Assembly: GCA_050273025.1 (NCBI GenBank)
Contig: CP158635.1
Coordinates: forward strand, 3,968,001 to 4,032,000
DNA from: Cenococcum geophilum
Taxonomy: Eukaryota
Direction of reading: 5' to 3'
Length of the DNA stretch: 64,000 nt
Program-made: the position numbers and the translations under genes
Shown: positions 25,101-38,300 of the stretch, piece after piece
How the letters are laid out: the number at the start of each line of letters is the position of its first letter
How positions within the stretch are numbered: position 1 is the first letter of the stretch
The notes under the pieces: generated by a model
What the model saw: only the letters and a program-made list of their open reading frames with translations
Told to the model about the DNA's origin: nothing
The model's database searches: none

Positions 25101-28100
25101 TTTAAAGGACTAGAGAAGTAAATAACGTATTTTAGTACCTGCGAACAAAGTTATAACGCTTAGATTAATATAATAAAGGTTTAAACTTAAGGATAAAGAT
25201 AAGCTAAGAGTTAACCTAAGATACTAAGCATATTATACGCTATTATGGATTACATATATAGATAATGCATATAATATATATAAAGCACTAAAGGATAAGC
25301 ACTATAAGTATTCTATAAAAATGTATTGGATAATAAAGGAGTAAAAGTATAGGAATGCTAAGTATATATATAGCTGGCATCTAGTAGAAGTTTAGGAGTT
25401 AGGAGACTTAATACTTTAACTAAAAAAATTCCTTACAGAAGAATGCCTAAATGGATAATAGTAGTAGGAATGCCTAGAAAATACGTGTTTATAGTATATT
25501 AAAGATAAAAAGCGAACTAAGTATTGGCTAAAGATAGACTAAGTATAAATAGGATTAAGCAGCTAATAGTTAGGAAAAGTAGAGGCCCACGTAACTAGAG
25601 GGAGCTAGTAGTAAAGCCTTAGACCCTTAAAGGAATTTAAGGACAATACCTAAATTTATAAGTTAATTAGTAAGATTAGCAGTTTAAAGCGCTAATAAAT
25701 AGTAGAGTAATAAGAAACTATATTTTACTAGCAGTAGTTAAGAGAATAGGGCTACCTTATAGATAGAAGGAACAATCTTACCTATTAGTTACGATTTTAG
25801 GAGATCTAGTAGCCTATAAAGGAGGGATTATTAATCTTAAAATAGGACCTATTTAGCTAATTATTAAAGGGAGATAAATTAAGATGTCCTTTAATATATT
25901 ACTATTAGGGAAAGATAAGGCAGTATTAGGAATGCCTTAGTTATAGAAATATAATCTAAGGATTAATTGGGTTATAGATTAAGTCGATATTAAGGATACT
26001 TAATAACATAAGATACAATAATAAGCCAAAATAGTATAGTACTAAGTAGGAGCAACCTATAAAGAAACGGAAAAAGGACTAAGCTATATACCGAAAAGAT
26101 ACTATAAGTATGGTAAGAAACTATGGTTACCGGAAAATAAAAAGCTGTTAGAGTATATAGTATGGGACTATAAGATAGAATTAAAACTAGGAATAAGTTT
26201 AAGGTTCTTTTTAATCTATAAGCTTACTAAAGAAGAAGGTAGAGTATTAAAAGAGTTTATCTAAGAAAATCTATAAAAGGGATATATTAAACCATTATAG
26301 TTATTAGCGGGTTATCTAGTACTATTTATACTAAAAAAGAATAGTAAACTAAGGTTATATATCGACTATAGATAGTTAAATAGCATTACTTAGAAGGATA
26401 GGTATCCTTTACCCTTAATTAGCAAAATCTAAGATAGGATAGGTAATATATAGATCTTTACAAAGATAGATCTAAGATAGGCGTACTATTAGATTAAGAT
26501 TAAGGAAGGCGATAAATAGAAGGCAGCCTTTAGATTAAAGAAAGGACTATATAAACTATTAGTTATATAATTTAGATTAACAAATATACTAGCAATATTT
26601 TAGAAACAAATTAACAGTATATTAGGAGAATACTTAGATAAATTTGTTATAGTATACCTTAATATTATTATTATCTACTTAATAACTAAGGAAGAATATG
26701 AGGAATACGTTAAATAGGTCTTAAAGAGACTATAAAAAGAATAGATGCTAGTAGCAATTAAGAAATGTAAGTTCTTTACTAGGAAGACTAATTTTATTAG
26801 ATTTATTATTAAACTAGGCCAACTTAGTATAGATTTAAAGAAAATTAAGGCTATAGTAAATTAGTAAGAACTAGAGAACGTTACGCAGTTAAGATTGTTT
26901 TTAGGGTTTTATAATTACTATAGAAGGTTTATAGTATAATAGTTAAAGAATATTAAACTATTTACGCGATTAATAAAGAAAGAAGAACTATAGGTATAGG
27001 GAGAGGAATAGTAGAAACTCTTTAAAAAAGTTAAGGAGTTATTTACCTAGGAGCTAGTTCTAAAGATCTATTAACTAGGACTAGAAACGGTTATAGAAAC
27101 AGATATATTAGACTATATACTAGGGGCGTACTTTATATAGAAATATTAAGATAGATAGCACCTAGTGGTATACTATAGTTAGAAGATAATACTATTAGAG
27201 TTAAACTATAACATCTATAATAAGGAGTTATTAGGTATAGTTATAGCACTAAAGAAATAGAAAGCATTCTTATAAGGTATAAAGAAACTATTTATAGTTA
27301 AAACAGATTATAAGAACCTAATAGGATTCCTAATAATAAAGGAACTTAACTAAAGATAGGTTAAATGGGTAGAGATGCTTATAAAATACTATTTTAAGAT
27401 TTAATATACTAAAGGTATAAATAACACGTAAGCAGACGCTTTAAGTTAAAAAGCTAAACTACAGAATAATAAAAAGCTATTAGGGGCTTTACTGCGAAAA
27501 GATATAGATAAACTAATTAGGTATAATTATCTAAAGATTATAGTAACTTAAGAAGAGTAGAATAGAGTTTATAAGTCACTAGAAAGCTTTTAGGTATAAA
27601 GGATTCTAAAAGTATAACTAGAAGATTTATAAATAGACATATATAAGAGTTAAGAAGCAACGTATATTCTAAGAAGCATAGCAAAACATTTTATAAAAGA
27701 TTTCTATAAGGGATTAACTTAAGGACATAATAGGGCCATAGGCTTAGTATTAAGACTTTAAAAGGAGTATATTATTAATAGAATTTAGGGCTTAGTATAA
27801 AAAGTTATAAAGGAATATCTAGATTGCTAAAGAAATAAACTAATAAGGCATAAGCTATATAGAGGGCTATAACCTATTAAAACACTAGAGAGACTATAGG
27901 AGGTTATATTATAGGACTTTATTATTAAGTTGCTAAAGTTAAGAGACCCTATTACTAAATAAGATTATAATATAATCTTAGTAATTATTACGGACGCTTT
28001 AAGTACAATATTACGACTACTTGGTGTTATAGACGCTTTAAGTACAATATTATAACTACTTGGGGAAGAGTCGGAAGAAGCTAGTTGGTTAATTTAAGCA

Positions 28101-28492
28101 CGGTTTAGGATAGAGCCGATAGAACTATATAATAAGGAATAGTAACTAAGGTTATATAATATGCTACGTATTAAATAAAAGGAATGGAAGAAACCTATAT
28201 ACCTTACGTATAAGACGTATATTACGTATAAGAAGGATTTTATAGAAGTACGGTTATATATTTAAGAACCCTTAATCCCTACCTAGATAGTTCCTTCCTT
28301 GTAGTAATTCTTAGAATATAATTAGAGTTAATCTATTAGGCAACCACTCTACTAGTTATTATTACGTTGTTAACTTTAATTTATATTACTTATATACCTA
28401 GCCTATTAACAAGCCTATTATAGTACTTGCTATAAGGTTCCGTTATATAATTACTACTTAGTTACAGTATTAAATATAGAAGGTTAAATAAT

Positions 28493-31367
28493 ATGCTACT
28501 AAAAGCAGCCACCATAACGCTATTAACGGCGGCAACTACTTTAAGGTTAGGTGACACTAGTATAGCAGATACTAACTTATAGCAACCTATAACAGTTGGA
28601 TAGTTATAAGAGGTAATTAACTAGTTAATAGCTAGCAATACAGCGTTAGAAGAAAGGGTTAATAGGATTGGAGTAGTAAAGGTTAAGTTACTATCTATTA
28701 AGAGATTCTTAGGAGAAAGATTAAAGCTTAAAGGATTTCTTACGTAAATATACTTTAAAGTTTTATAAGAAGGGGCAAAGCTACTAATACCTATAGATCG
28801 AATAACCTACGTAGAGTTATTTTTATTAGGAAGAGTACTAGAGTAGTTTAAGTTTTACCTTATAGAGATATAAATAAACGGAATAACGACCACTAACTAA
28901 GATATACAATTTATGTTCTTAAGCTGGGAAGGATTTATAGAGCGATTTATATAAATATTTAGAGACCTAGAATTAACAACTATAGTAAAAAAAAACTCTA
29001 AGATATTATGTAATAAACTTTAGCAATTAAGTATACAATATAGTTCCAGACGTTAGTAATATAAGTTAAGTGGAATAATAGGGCGCTTATAGCATAGTAT
29101 AAGTAGGGACTTAAGGCTAAAGTTTAGGACGTAATTATCCTAATAGAAGATGCGGATACCCTAAGGGAACTAATAGATTAAGCGATTAAGATTAATAATT
29201 GGATCTACTAAAGGGAACAGACTAAGAGAGGTTAAGATAGAGTTTTATAGTTATATAAGGCGTAGAGTACGTAATAACTAAAGCTAAGTTAGAAAATATG
29301 GTATAGCGTAGAGCTAATAGACCTAAGTAGTACTAAAAAAGCCTATAAAAGATAGAGTAAGAAACTATAAAAACCTAGAGGTTAAGGATCTAGTAATTAT
29401 AGGACTAAAAAGCAGAGGCTAAACTAAGAATCTTATTAGCAGAAGATGTTTAGGCGGACTCTATAGTAAAGTTAATAGTTTAAAGATAGAGCTTATATAA
29501 ATTATGGGAAATAAGGTTATTTTATAAGGGATTATAAAGATAGTTAGAGTTATTATGTAATAAAGGGAACCTAACTAGTAGATAATACATATATATAAAG
29601 AGATAATAGTATACTACGAGGAGCAAAAGAATATTTAATTAGAAGTTTCGCGTTTTATTATAATAACGTATACCAAATTTATAAAGACGCTAAGTATGGC
29701 GTAAGCTATTAGCTATAAGAGCTAAAATCTACGGAATATAGAGGAACTAAAAAACTAGTTCGCAGATTAGATATTAAGGACAATAATTTTAATATAGGCA
29801 AAACATTTTATAATAATAAGGTAATAAGAGTAGCTTACTAGGAGCATACGGACCTCTAAGATATTATACTAAAGGTAGAGGATAATTCCACTATAAAATA
29901 GGGAATATTAATAGGGATTAAGACCCCACTAAATATAATATCTATTGCTTTATAAGATGTAAGAGAAGTAGGACAGCGAACTACTTCGGTACTTAATAAA
30001 GGTAAAAGGCTAAAGGCTTAAGATTCTTAAGATAAGATAAGGTAAGCTTAAGGATCTATAACGGACGAAAACCGATAAAGTAGAGTAGTAGCTTAGTTTA
30101 AAAACATATAAATAAGCTCGGGATAGCGTTTCCTATAAATATAAGACTCTTAAGACAAGATAAGAACACTAAGTAAGCCTAGTTAGACTAAGGTAGGAGT
30201 AAAGCTTAAGCTAAAAGCAAGCTTAGGATTAAGAATCCTATAGAACTAAGACTTTAAGATATAAATAAGGACTATTAACGAGATTAGAGAATTTGCGGTA
30301 TAAATAGCAACTAGATTAGAAGACAGGTATATAGACTTAGAGGACTTACTAGGAGAACGCAGTATTTAGCCTAAAGATTAAAATGTTAATACTAAGATTA
30401 AAAAGTAAAAGAACTTTAAGGATCTACTCGTAAGATATAAAAAAAAAAGAAACTATAGAGGAATTTAGAGTAAGAATCGCCTTATAGCAAGAATAGAAAC
30501 TAAATAAGAGATCTAGTATATTAGGATGTATAAGGGACTAAGCACTAGTATAAAGAATTACTAATAGGCCTAGGGCAGGCACACTAAAAGCTAAGTAGCT
30601 TATTAAACTAAAACAAGAAGAGGATCTAGGAATCCTAACTAGGTTTAAAGAACGACACACTAAAGGCTGTTATAACGTAGTAATAAGAAGATACTTCCTT
30701 ACAGATAAGCCGTATATACTCTAGCAGCTGTACTAAAAGTGGTATAGGCAAAGGCACAGTAACGAGTGGGAAGATTTCTATATATGGTTAGACGAGAAAG
30801 TTATTTAAAACTACCCGATTATAGAGAAGGCTATAAATCACATTAAAGGAGCCTTAATTATAACGTTAAAAGATCTAAAGGAGCGTTTAGAGGACTAGAG
30901 AAGCGAAAGACGTATCTTAATACCTGCAAATAAAGTTATAACGCTTAGATTAACACAAGAAAGGTTTAAACTTAAGGATAAAAATAAGCTAAGAGTTAAC
31001 CTAAGACACTAAGTACACTATACGCTATTATGGATCGCATATATAGATAATATATATAATATACATAGAGTACCTAAGGATAAGTATTGGAAATACCCTA
31101 TAAGAATATATTGGTTAATAAAAGAATAAAAATACAGAAATACTAAGTATATATATAGTTGGTATCTAATAGAAGTTTAGGAGTTAGGAAACTTAATACT
31201 TTAACCAGAAAGATTCCTTATAGAAAAATACCTAAAAGGATAATAGTAGTGGGAATACCCAGAGAGTACGTGTTTATAGTATATTAAAGACAAAAAGCGA
31301 ACTAAGTATTAGCTTAAGTTGGACTAAGTATAAATAAGATTAAGCAGCTAATAATTAGGAAAAGTAA
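28493..31367 (+). pseudogene. gag: Long gag ORF of G3 (RIP-inactivated)
   Basis: ATG-CCA-like start shared by all four copies; CCHC knuckle ~29493-29535; ends at G-G-A-A-A-A-G-stop. Confidence 0.75.
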
Positions 31368-34300
31368 AGGCCTATAGGACTAGAGGGAACTAATAGTAAA
31401 GCCTTAAACCCTTAAAGGAATTTAAGGATAATACCTAAATTTATAAATAAAGTAGTAAGATTAATAGTTTAAGGTATTAATAGATAGTAAAGCAATAAGG
31501 AACCATATCTTACTAGTAGTAGTTAAAAGAATGGGTCTACCATATAGAAAAAAGGAGTATCTTTACCTATTAGTGACAATTTTAAGAGATCTAATAATTT
31601 ATAGAGGAGGGATTATTAATCTAGAAATAGGACCTATTTAGTTAACTATTAAAGGGAGATAAATTAAGATGTCTTTTAATATATTACTATTAGGAAATAA
31701 TAAAGCAGTACTAGAAATGCCTTAGTTACAGGAATATAATCTAAAAATTAATTAGGTTATAGGTTAGGTCGATATTAAAAATACTTAACGCCGTAAGATG
31801 CGATAATAAGCTAAGTTAGTATAATACTAAGTTAGAGTAATATATAAAGAGACTAAGTAAGGCTTAAGTTATGTACTAAAAAGATACTATAAGTATGGTA
31901 AGAAACTATAGTTACTAGAGAGTAAGAAGCTGTTAAAATATATAGTATAGGACTATAAAATAGAATTAGAACTAGAAATAAGTCTAAGGTTTTTTCCAAT
32001 CTATAAGCTTACTAAAGAAGAGGGTAGAGTATTAAAAGAGTTTATCTAAGAAAACCTACGAAAGGGATATATTAGACCATTGCAGTTATTAGTAGGTTAT
32101 CTAGTACTATTTATATTAAAGAAGAATAGTAAACTAAGGCTATGTATTAACTATAAATAGTTAAATAGCATTACTAGAAAGGATAGGTATCCTTTACCCT
32201 TAATTAGCGAAATCTAAAATAGGATAGGCAACGTGTAAATCTTTATAAAGATAAATCTAAGATAGGCGTACCACCAGATTAGGATTAAGGAAGGTAATAA
32301 ATAAAAGGCAGCCTTTAGGTTAAAGGAAGGACTATATAAACTATTAGTTATATAATTTAGGTTTATAAATGCACCAGTAACGTTTTAGAAGTGTATTAAT
32401 AATATATTAGAAGAACACTTAGATGAATTTGTTATAGTATATCTTAATAATATTATTATCTACTTAATAACTAAGGAAGAATACGGAGAATACATTAAAT
32501 GGGTTTTAAGGAGACTATAAGAAGAATAAATACTAGTAGCAATTAAAAAATGCGAGTTCTTTACTAGGAAGACTAATTTTATTAAATTTATTATTAAACT
32601 AGGCTAACTTAGTATTAATTTAAAGAAAATCGAGGCTATAGTAAATTGGTAAGAACTAGAGAACGTTACGTAGTTAAGATTATTTTTAGGGTTTTATAAT
32701 TACTGCAGAAGGTTTATAGCGTAATAGTTAAAGGATATTAAGCTATTTACGCGACTAATAAAGAAAGAAGAACTATAGGTATAGGGAGAGGAATAGAGAA
32801 AACTCTTTAAGAAAGTTAAAGAGTTATTTACCTAGGAGCCAGTTCTTAAAATTTATTAACTAGGGTTAGAAACGATTGTAGAAATAAATATATTAGATTA
32901 TATACTAGGGGCGTGCTTTATATAGAGATATTAAAATAGATGGCACCCAGTAGCATACTATAGTAGGAAGATAATACTACTAGAGTTAAACTATAACATC
33001 TATAATAAGGAGTTATTAGGTATAGTTATAGCACTAAAGAAATAGAGAGCATTCTTATAAGGTATAGAGAAACTATTTATAGTTAAGACGGATTATAAAA
33101 CCCTAATAAGATTCCTAATAATAAAGGAACTTAACTAAAGATAGGTTAGATAGGCAGAGATACTTATAGAATATTATTTTAAGATTTAGTATACTAAGGG
33201 TATAGATAATATATAAGCAGACGCTTTAAGTTATAAGGCTAAACTATAAAATAATAAGAAGCTATTAGGGGCTTTACTATAAAGAGACACAGACGGATTA
33301 ATTAGGTATAATTATCTAAAAATTATAGCAACTTAAGAGATATAGGATAGAGTTTATAAGTTACTAGGAAGCCTTTAGATATAAAGAATTCTAAAAGCAT
33401 AGCTAGAAGATTTATAGGTGGATATATATAAAAATTAAGAAGTAACATATATCCTAAAAAGCATAGCAGAACAATTTATAGAAGATTTCTATAAGGGAAT
33501 AACTTAAGGATATAATGGAGCTATAGGCTTAGTATTAAGACTCTAAGAGGAGTATATTATTAACTGAATTTAGGGCTTAGCGCGAAAAGTTATAAAGGAA
33601 TATCTAGATTGCTAAAGAAATAAACTAATAAGGCATAAGCTATATAGAGGGCTATAACCTATTAAAATACCAGAGAGACTATAGGAGGTTATATTATAGG
33701 ACTTTATTATTAAGTTATTAAAATTAAGAGATCCTATTACCGGATAAGATTATAACGCGATCTTAGTAATAATAGATAAGCTTATAAAGTAGGGATACTT
33801 TATAGCGTATACAGAAGAGATATTAGTAGAAGATGTTGCTAGAATTTATATTAAAGAAGTATTTATAAGATATAGAGTACTAAATAAGATTATATTAGAC
33901 AGAGATTTAAGATTTATAGCAGTATTTTAGGAGGTATTTTTAGCGGAATAAGGAGTTAGAGCAGTAACTTTTACCGCATATTATCTACAGACAGACGGTT
34001 AAATGGAAAGACTAAATTAGACACTAGAGTAGTATCTAAGGCATTATATTAATTATATACAGAATAATTAGGTATTATTATTACCAGTTATATAGTTTAT
34101 ATATAATATAACACTATAAGAAGAAATAGGCATATTACTATTTAAGGTGAATTACGGATATAAACTAAGAATATTACTATCGCTATATTAAGTAAAGAAG
34201 ACGAGTAGTATAGCTAAAGAAAGAATAAAAACGTTAATAAATCTTTATATAGACCTTATAGAATTAGTAAAGAAAGTATAAGAGAGAATAAAAAAGTACT

Positions 34301-34770
34301 ATAATGCTAAGAGATCTAAGGGACTAGATCTTAAGGAGGAAGATAAAGTATGGCTACTATATAAAAATTTTAAGAGTTAACAACTAAGTAAGAAGTTAGA
34401 CTATATTAGACTAGGACCTTTTAAAATTAAGTAAAGAATTTTATTAGTTACGTTTAAGTTAAACTTACTAGCTAAGATAAAGATCTACCCTATATAGTAT
34501 ATCGTAATGCTAGAGTTAGTATATGGAAATGTTAAACTACTGGTCTATAAGGCAGACATGTATAGAGGATAAAAAGAAGATAAATAGTAAGTTTTAAAAA
34601 TCATTAGTTATAAGGATATTAACAATAAAATATAGTATAAGGTTAAGTGAATAGGCTATACTAAGACTACCTAGGAGTTACTAGAGAATCTAAAGAACGC
34701 TATAGGAAAGGTATAGGAGTATTAGAGGAGATTAGGTTAGGTAGTATTAATAAAGAAGGATTACTAAAGA
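31360..34770 (+). pseudogene. pol: pol of G3: PR, RT, RNase H, IN, chromodomain
   Basis: ALIDSGA ~31475, KDRYPLPLI ~32180, YLDDII ~32440, YDKELL ~33000, QTDGQTER ~33990, TTWEPLENL ~34670 (RIP-reversed). Confidence 0.88.
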
Positions 34771-35351
34771 ATAAGTTACCTAAGGGGGGCCTAAGAAAAG
34801 TAGTTGCCGAACTACTTAGATCTATTTCCTTCTTAGTTAGAAGAGAATCTATTCTTTTATTACTAAGTTCCTATAGACCCTATTTTATAAGTTTCTATTC
34901 CTTAAAATAGACCTTCTTATAAACCTTCTTAAGACGGAGTAAATAAGTAAACGCTGCGATTTAAGTATCTAGGGCCTTCTATTCTGCGTCCCAAGAACGT
35001 TTTAATTTAGTAAGGGCTTAAAACAGTTTATTATCTAGCTGCGTAGTAGTAGATTAAACATAAAACCCTAAGATAAATTAATTAGGGAACTAGATAACTA
35101 TTAAGAGTAATAGGTTGCGTATATTTAGCATTAGATATAAAGTAAACGTTATAGGATAAACAAATATTTACTTTAGTGCACTTTAAGCAAAAGGACGGTT
35201 ATCGCGAAAATAGGTTTACTAGCGCAATATAAACTAACCCCTCTTTTAAGCAACGAGAATATGGAGATAGTATAATCTTACTAAGAGATAATATTGCAGT
35301 AATAGTGCGAGCACGACGTTGGGCGTATAAAGAAGAAATTGCTTTAGGTAT
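34667..35351 (-). pseudogene. Antisense two-exon gene of G3: Zn2Cys6-like cluster plus coiled coil
   Basis: Cys4 and Cys5 TGC codons and TAG acceptor preserved in this copy; see findings. Confidence 0.65.
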
Positions 35352-38300
35352 AATAAGCAATAATATTAACTAAATTAATTAGATAGATATTACACCTTTA
35401 GTAAACAACTTAGAGATATTAGGAATCTTTAAGGATAAAAATTAAGAGGAGGGAGATAGTGTTATGGACGCTTTAAGTATAATATTATAACTACTTAGGG
35501 AAGAGTTAAAAGAAGCTAGTTAGTTAATTTAAGCACGGTCTAGAATAGAGCCGATAGAATTATGTGACGAGAAATAGTAACCAAAGTTATATAATGTGCT
35601 ATATATTAAATAAGAGGAACGGAAGGAACCTACGTACCTTATATATAAGACGTATATTATATATAAGAAGGATTTTATAGGAGTATAGTTATATATTTAA
35701 GAACCCTTAGTCCCTACCTAAATAGTTCCTTCCTTATAGTAATTCTTAGAATATAATTAGAGTTAATCTATTAGGCAACCACTCTACCAGTTATTATTAC
35801 GTTGTTAACTTTAATTTGCATTACCTATATACCTAGCCTATTAACGAGCCCATTGTAGTACTTACTATAAGGTTCCATTATACTTAGGGAAGAGTTAAAA
35901 GAAGCTAGTTAGTTAATATAAGTACGGTCTAAGATAGAGCTAATAAAACTATATAATAAGGAATAGTAACTAAGGTTATATAATGTGCTACGTATTAAAC
36001 AAGAGAAATAAGAGGAACTTATATACCTTATATATAAGACGTATATTACGTATAAGAAGGATTTTATAGAAGTACAATTGTGTATTTAAGGACCCTTAGT
36101 CCCTACCTAGATAGTTCCTTCCTTATAGTAATTCTTAAAATATAATTAGAGTTAATCTATTAGGCAACTACTCTACCAGTTATTATTACGTTATTAACTT
36201 TTATACTTATATTACCTATATACCTAGCCTAATAACGAGCCTACCGTAGTTCCTGCTATAAGGTTCCGTTATATAATTACTACCTAATTACGGTATTAAA
36301 TATAGAAAGTTAAATAATATGCCACTAAAAGCAGCCACTATAACGCTATTAACGGCGGCAACTACTTTAAGGTTAGGTGATACTAGTATGGCAGATACTA
36401 ACTTACAGCAACCTATAACGGTTAGATAATTATAAGAGATAGTTAACTAGTTAATAAAAAATAATATAGTGTTAGAAAATAGGATTAACGGGATAGGCGC
36501 AGTAAAGGTTAAGTTACTATTAATTAAGAGATACTTAGGAGAAAGATTAAAGCTTAAAGGATTCCTTATATAAATATACTTTAAGGTCGCGTAAAAAGGA
36601 GCTAAGCTGGTAACACCTATAGATTAAATAGTATATACAGGATTGTTCTTAACAGGAAGGGCACTTAAGTGGTTTAAATTTTACCTTACGGAAATTTAGG
36701 TAAACAGAATAACGACTATAAACTAAAAAGTACGGTTTATATTCTTAAGCTAGAACGGATTTGTAAAGCAACTTATATAAATATTTAGAGACCTAAAGGC
36801 AGTAACCACGGCGGAAAGAAAACTCTAAGATATTATATAATAAACCTCGGCAATTAAGTATATAACGTAATTCTAGACGTTAGTAACGTAAGTAGAGTAG
36901 AATAATAAGGCGCTTATGGCATAGTATAAATAAGGACTTAAGGCTAAAGTCTAGGACGTAATTATTCTAATAAAAGATGCGGAAACCCTATAGGATTTAA
37001 TAGATTAAGCGATTAAGATTAATAATTAGATCTATTAAAGGGAATAGGCTAAGAGAGGCTAGGATAGAGTTCTATAGTTATATAAGGCGTAAAGTACGCA
37101 ATAACTAAAGCTAAATTAGAAACTATAGTATGGCGTAGAGTTAATAGACCTAAGTAGTACTAGAGAAGCCTATAAGAGATAAAGTAAAAAACTATAAAAA
37201 CCTAGAGGTTAAGGATCTAGTAATTATAGGACTAAGGAGCAGAGGCTAAACTAGGGATCTTAGTAGCAGAAGACGTTTAGGCGGACTCTATAGTAAAGTT
37301 AATAGTTTAAGGACGGAGCTTATATAAATTATAGAAAATAAGGTCATTTTGCGAGGGATTATAAAGATGGTTAGAGTTATTATATAATAAAGGGAACTAG
37401 ATTAGCAGAAGGCATATATATATAGAGGGATAATAGTATACTACGAGGAACAAAAGAATATTTAATTAGAAGTTTCACGTTTTATTATAATAACGCATAC
37501 TAAATTTATAAAGACACTAAGTATGGCGTAAGCTATTAGCTATAGGAGCTAAAGTTTATAAAATATAGAGGAACTAATAAACCAGTTTGCAGATTGGACA
37601 TTAAAGATAATAAATTTAATAAAGGCGAAACATTTTATAATAATAAGGTAATAAGAGTAGCTTACTAGGAGTATGTGGACCTCTAAAATATTATACTAGA
37701 GGTAAAGGATAATTCCACTATAAAGCAGGGAATATTAGTAGGGATTAAGACCCCACTAAATACAATATCTATCGCTTCGCGAGATGTAAGAGAAGTAGGA
37801 TAGTGAACTACTTCGGCACTTAATAAAGGCAGAAAGCTAAAGGCTTAAGATTCTTAAGATAAGATAAAAGACGACTAAGATTCTTAAGCCAAGATAAGGC
37901 AAGCTTAAGGACCTATAATAGATAAAAACCAATAGAGTAGAGTAGTAGCTTAGTTTAAGAATATACGAATAAGCTTAGGATAGAGTTTCCTATAGGTATA
38001 AGACTCTTAAGACGAGATAAGTGAGATTTAAAACTTTTAAGATAAGATAAGAATACTAAGTAAGCCTAGTTAGACTAAGGCTAGAGTAAAGCTTAAGTTA
38101 AAAGTAAGCTTAGGATTAAAGAATCGAAGGGACTAAGAATTTAGGGTATAAATCAGGACACCTATAGGTAAGAGGTAAGGAGCTTCTTTATAGATTAGAG
38201 AATCTACAGTATAAATAGTAGCTAGATTAGGAGATAGGTATATAGACCTAGAGGACTTACTAGGAGAATAAAGTATTCGGCCTAAAGATTAAAAAGTTAA

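Larger units (their letters stand above)
28025..35882 (+). mobile_element. Gypsy family G copy G3 (uninterrupted), inserted in the 5' LTR of G2
   Basis: 423-bp LTRs 28025-28447 and 35460-35882; TSD CTTGG/CTTAG (one G->A change). Confidence 0.92.
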
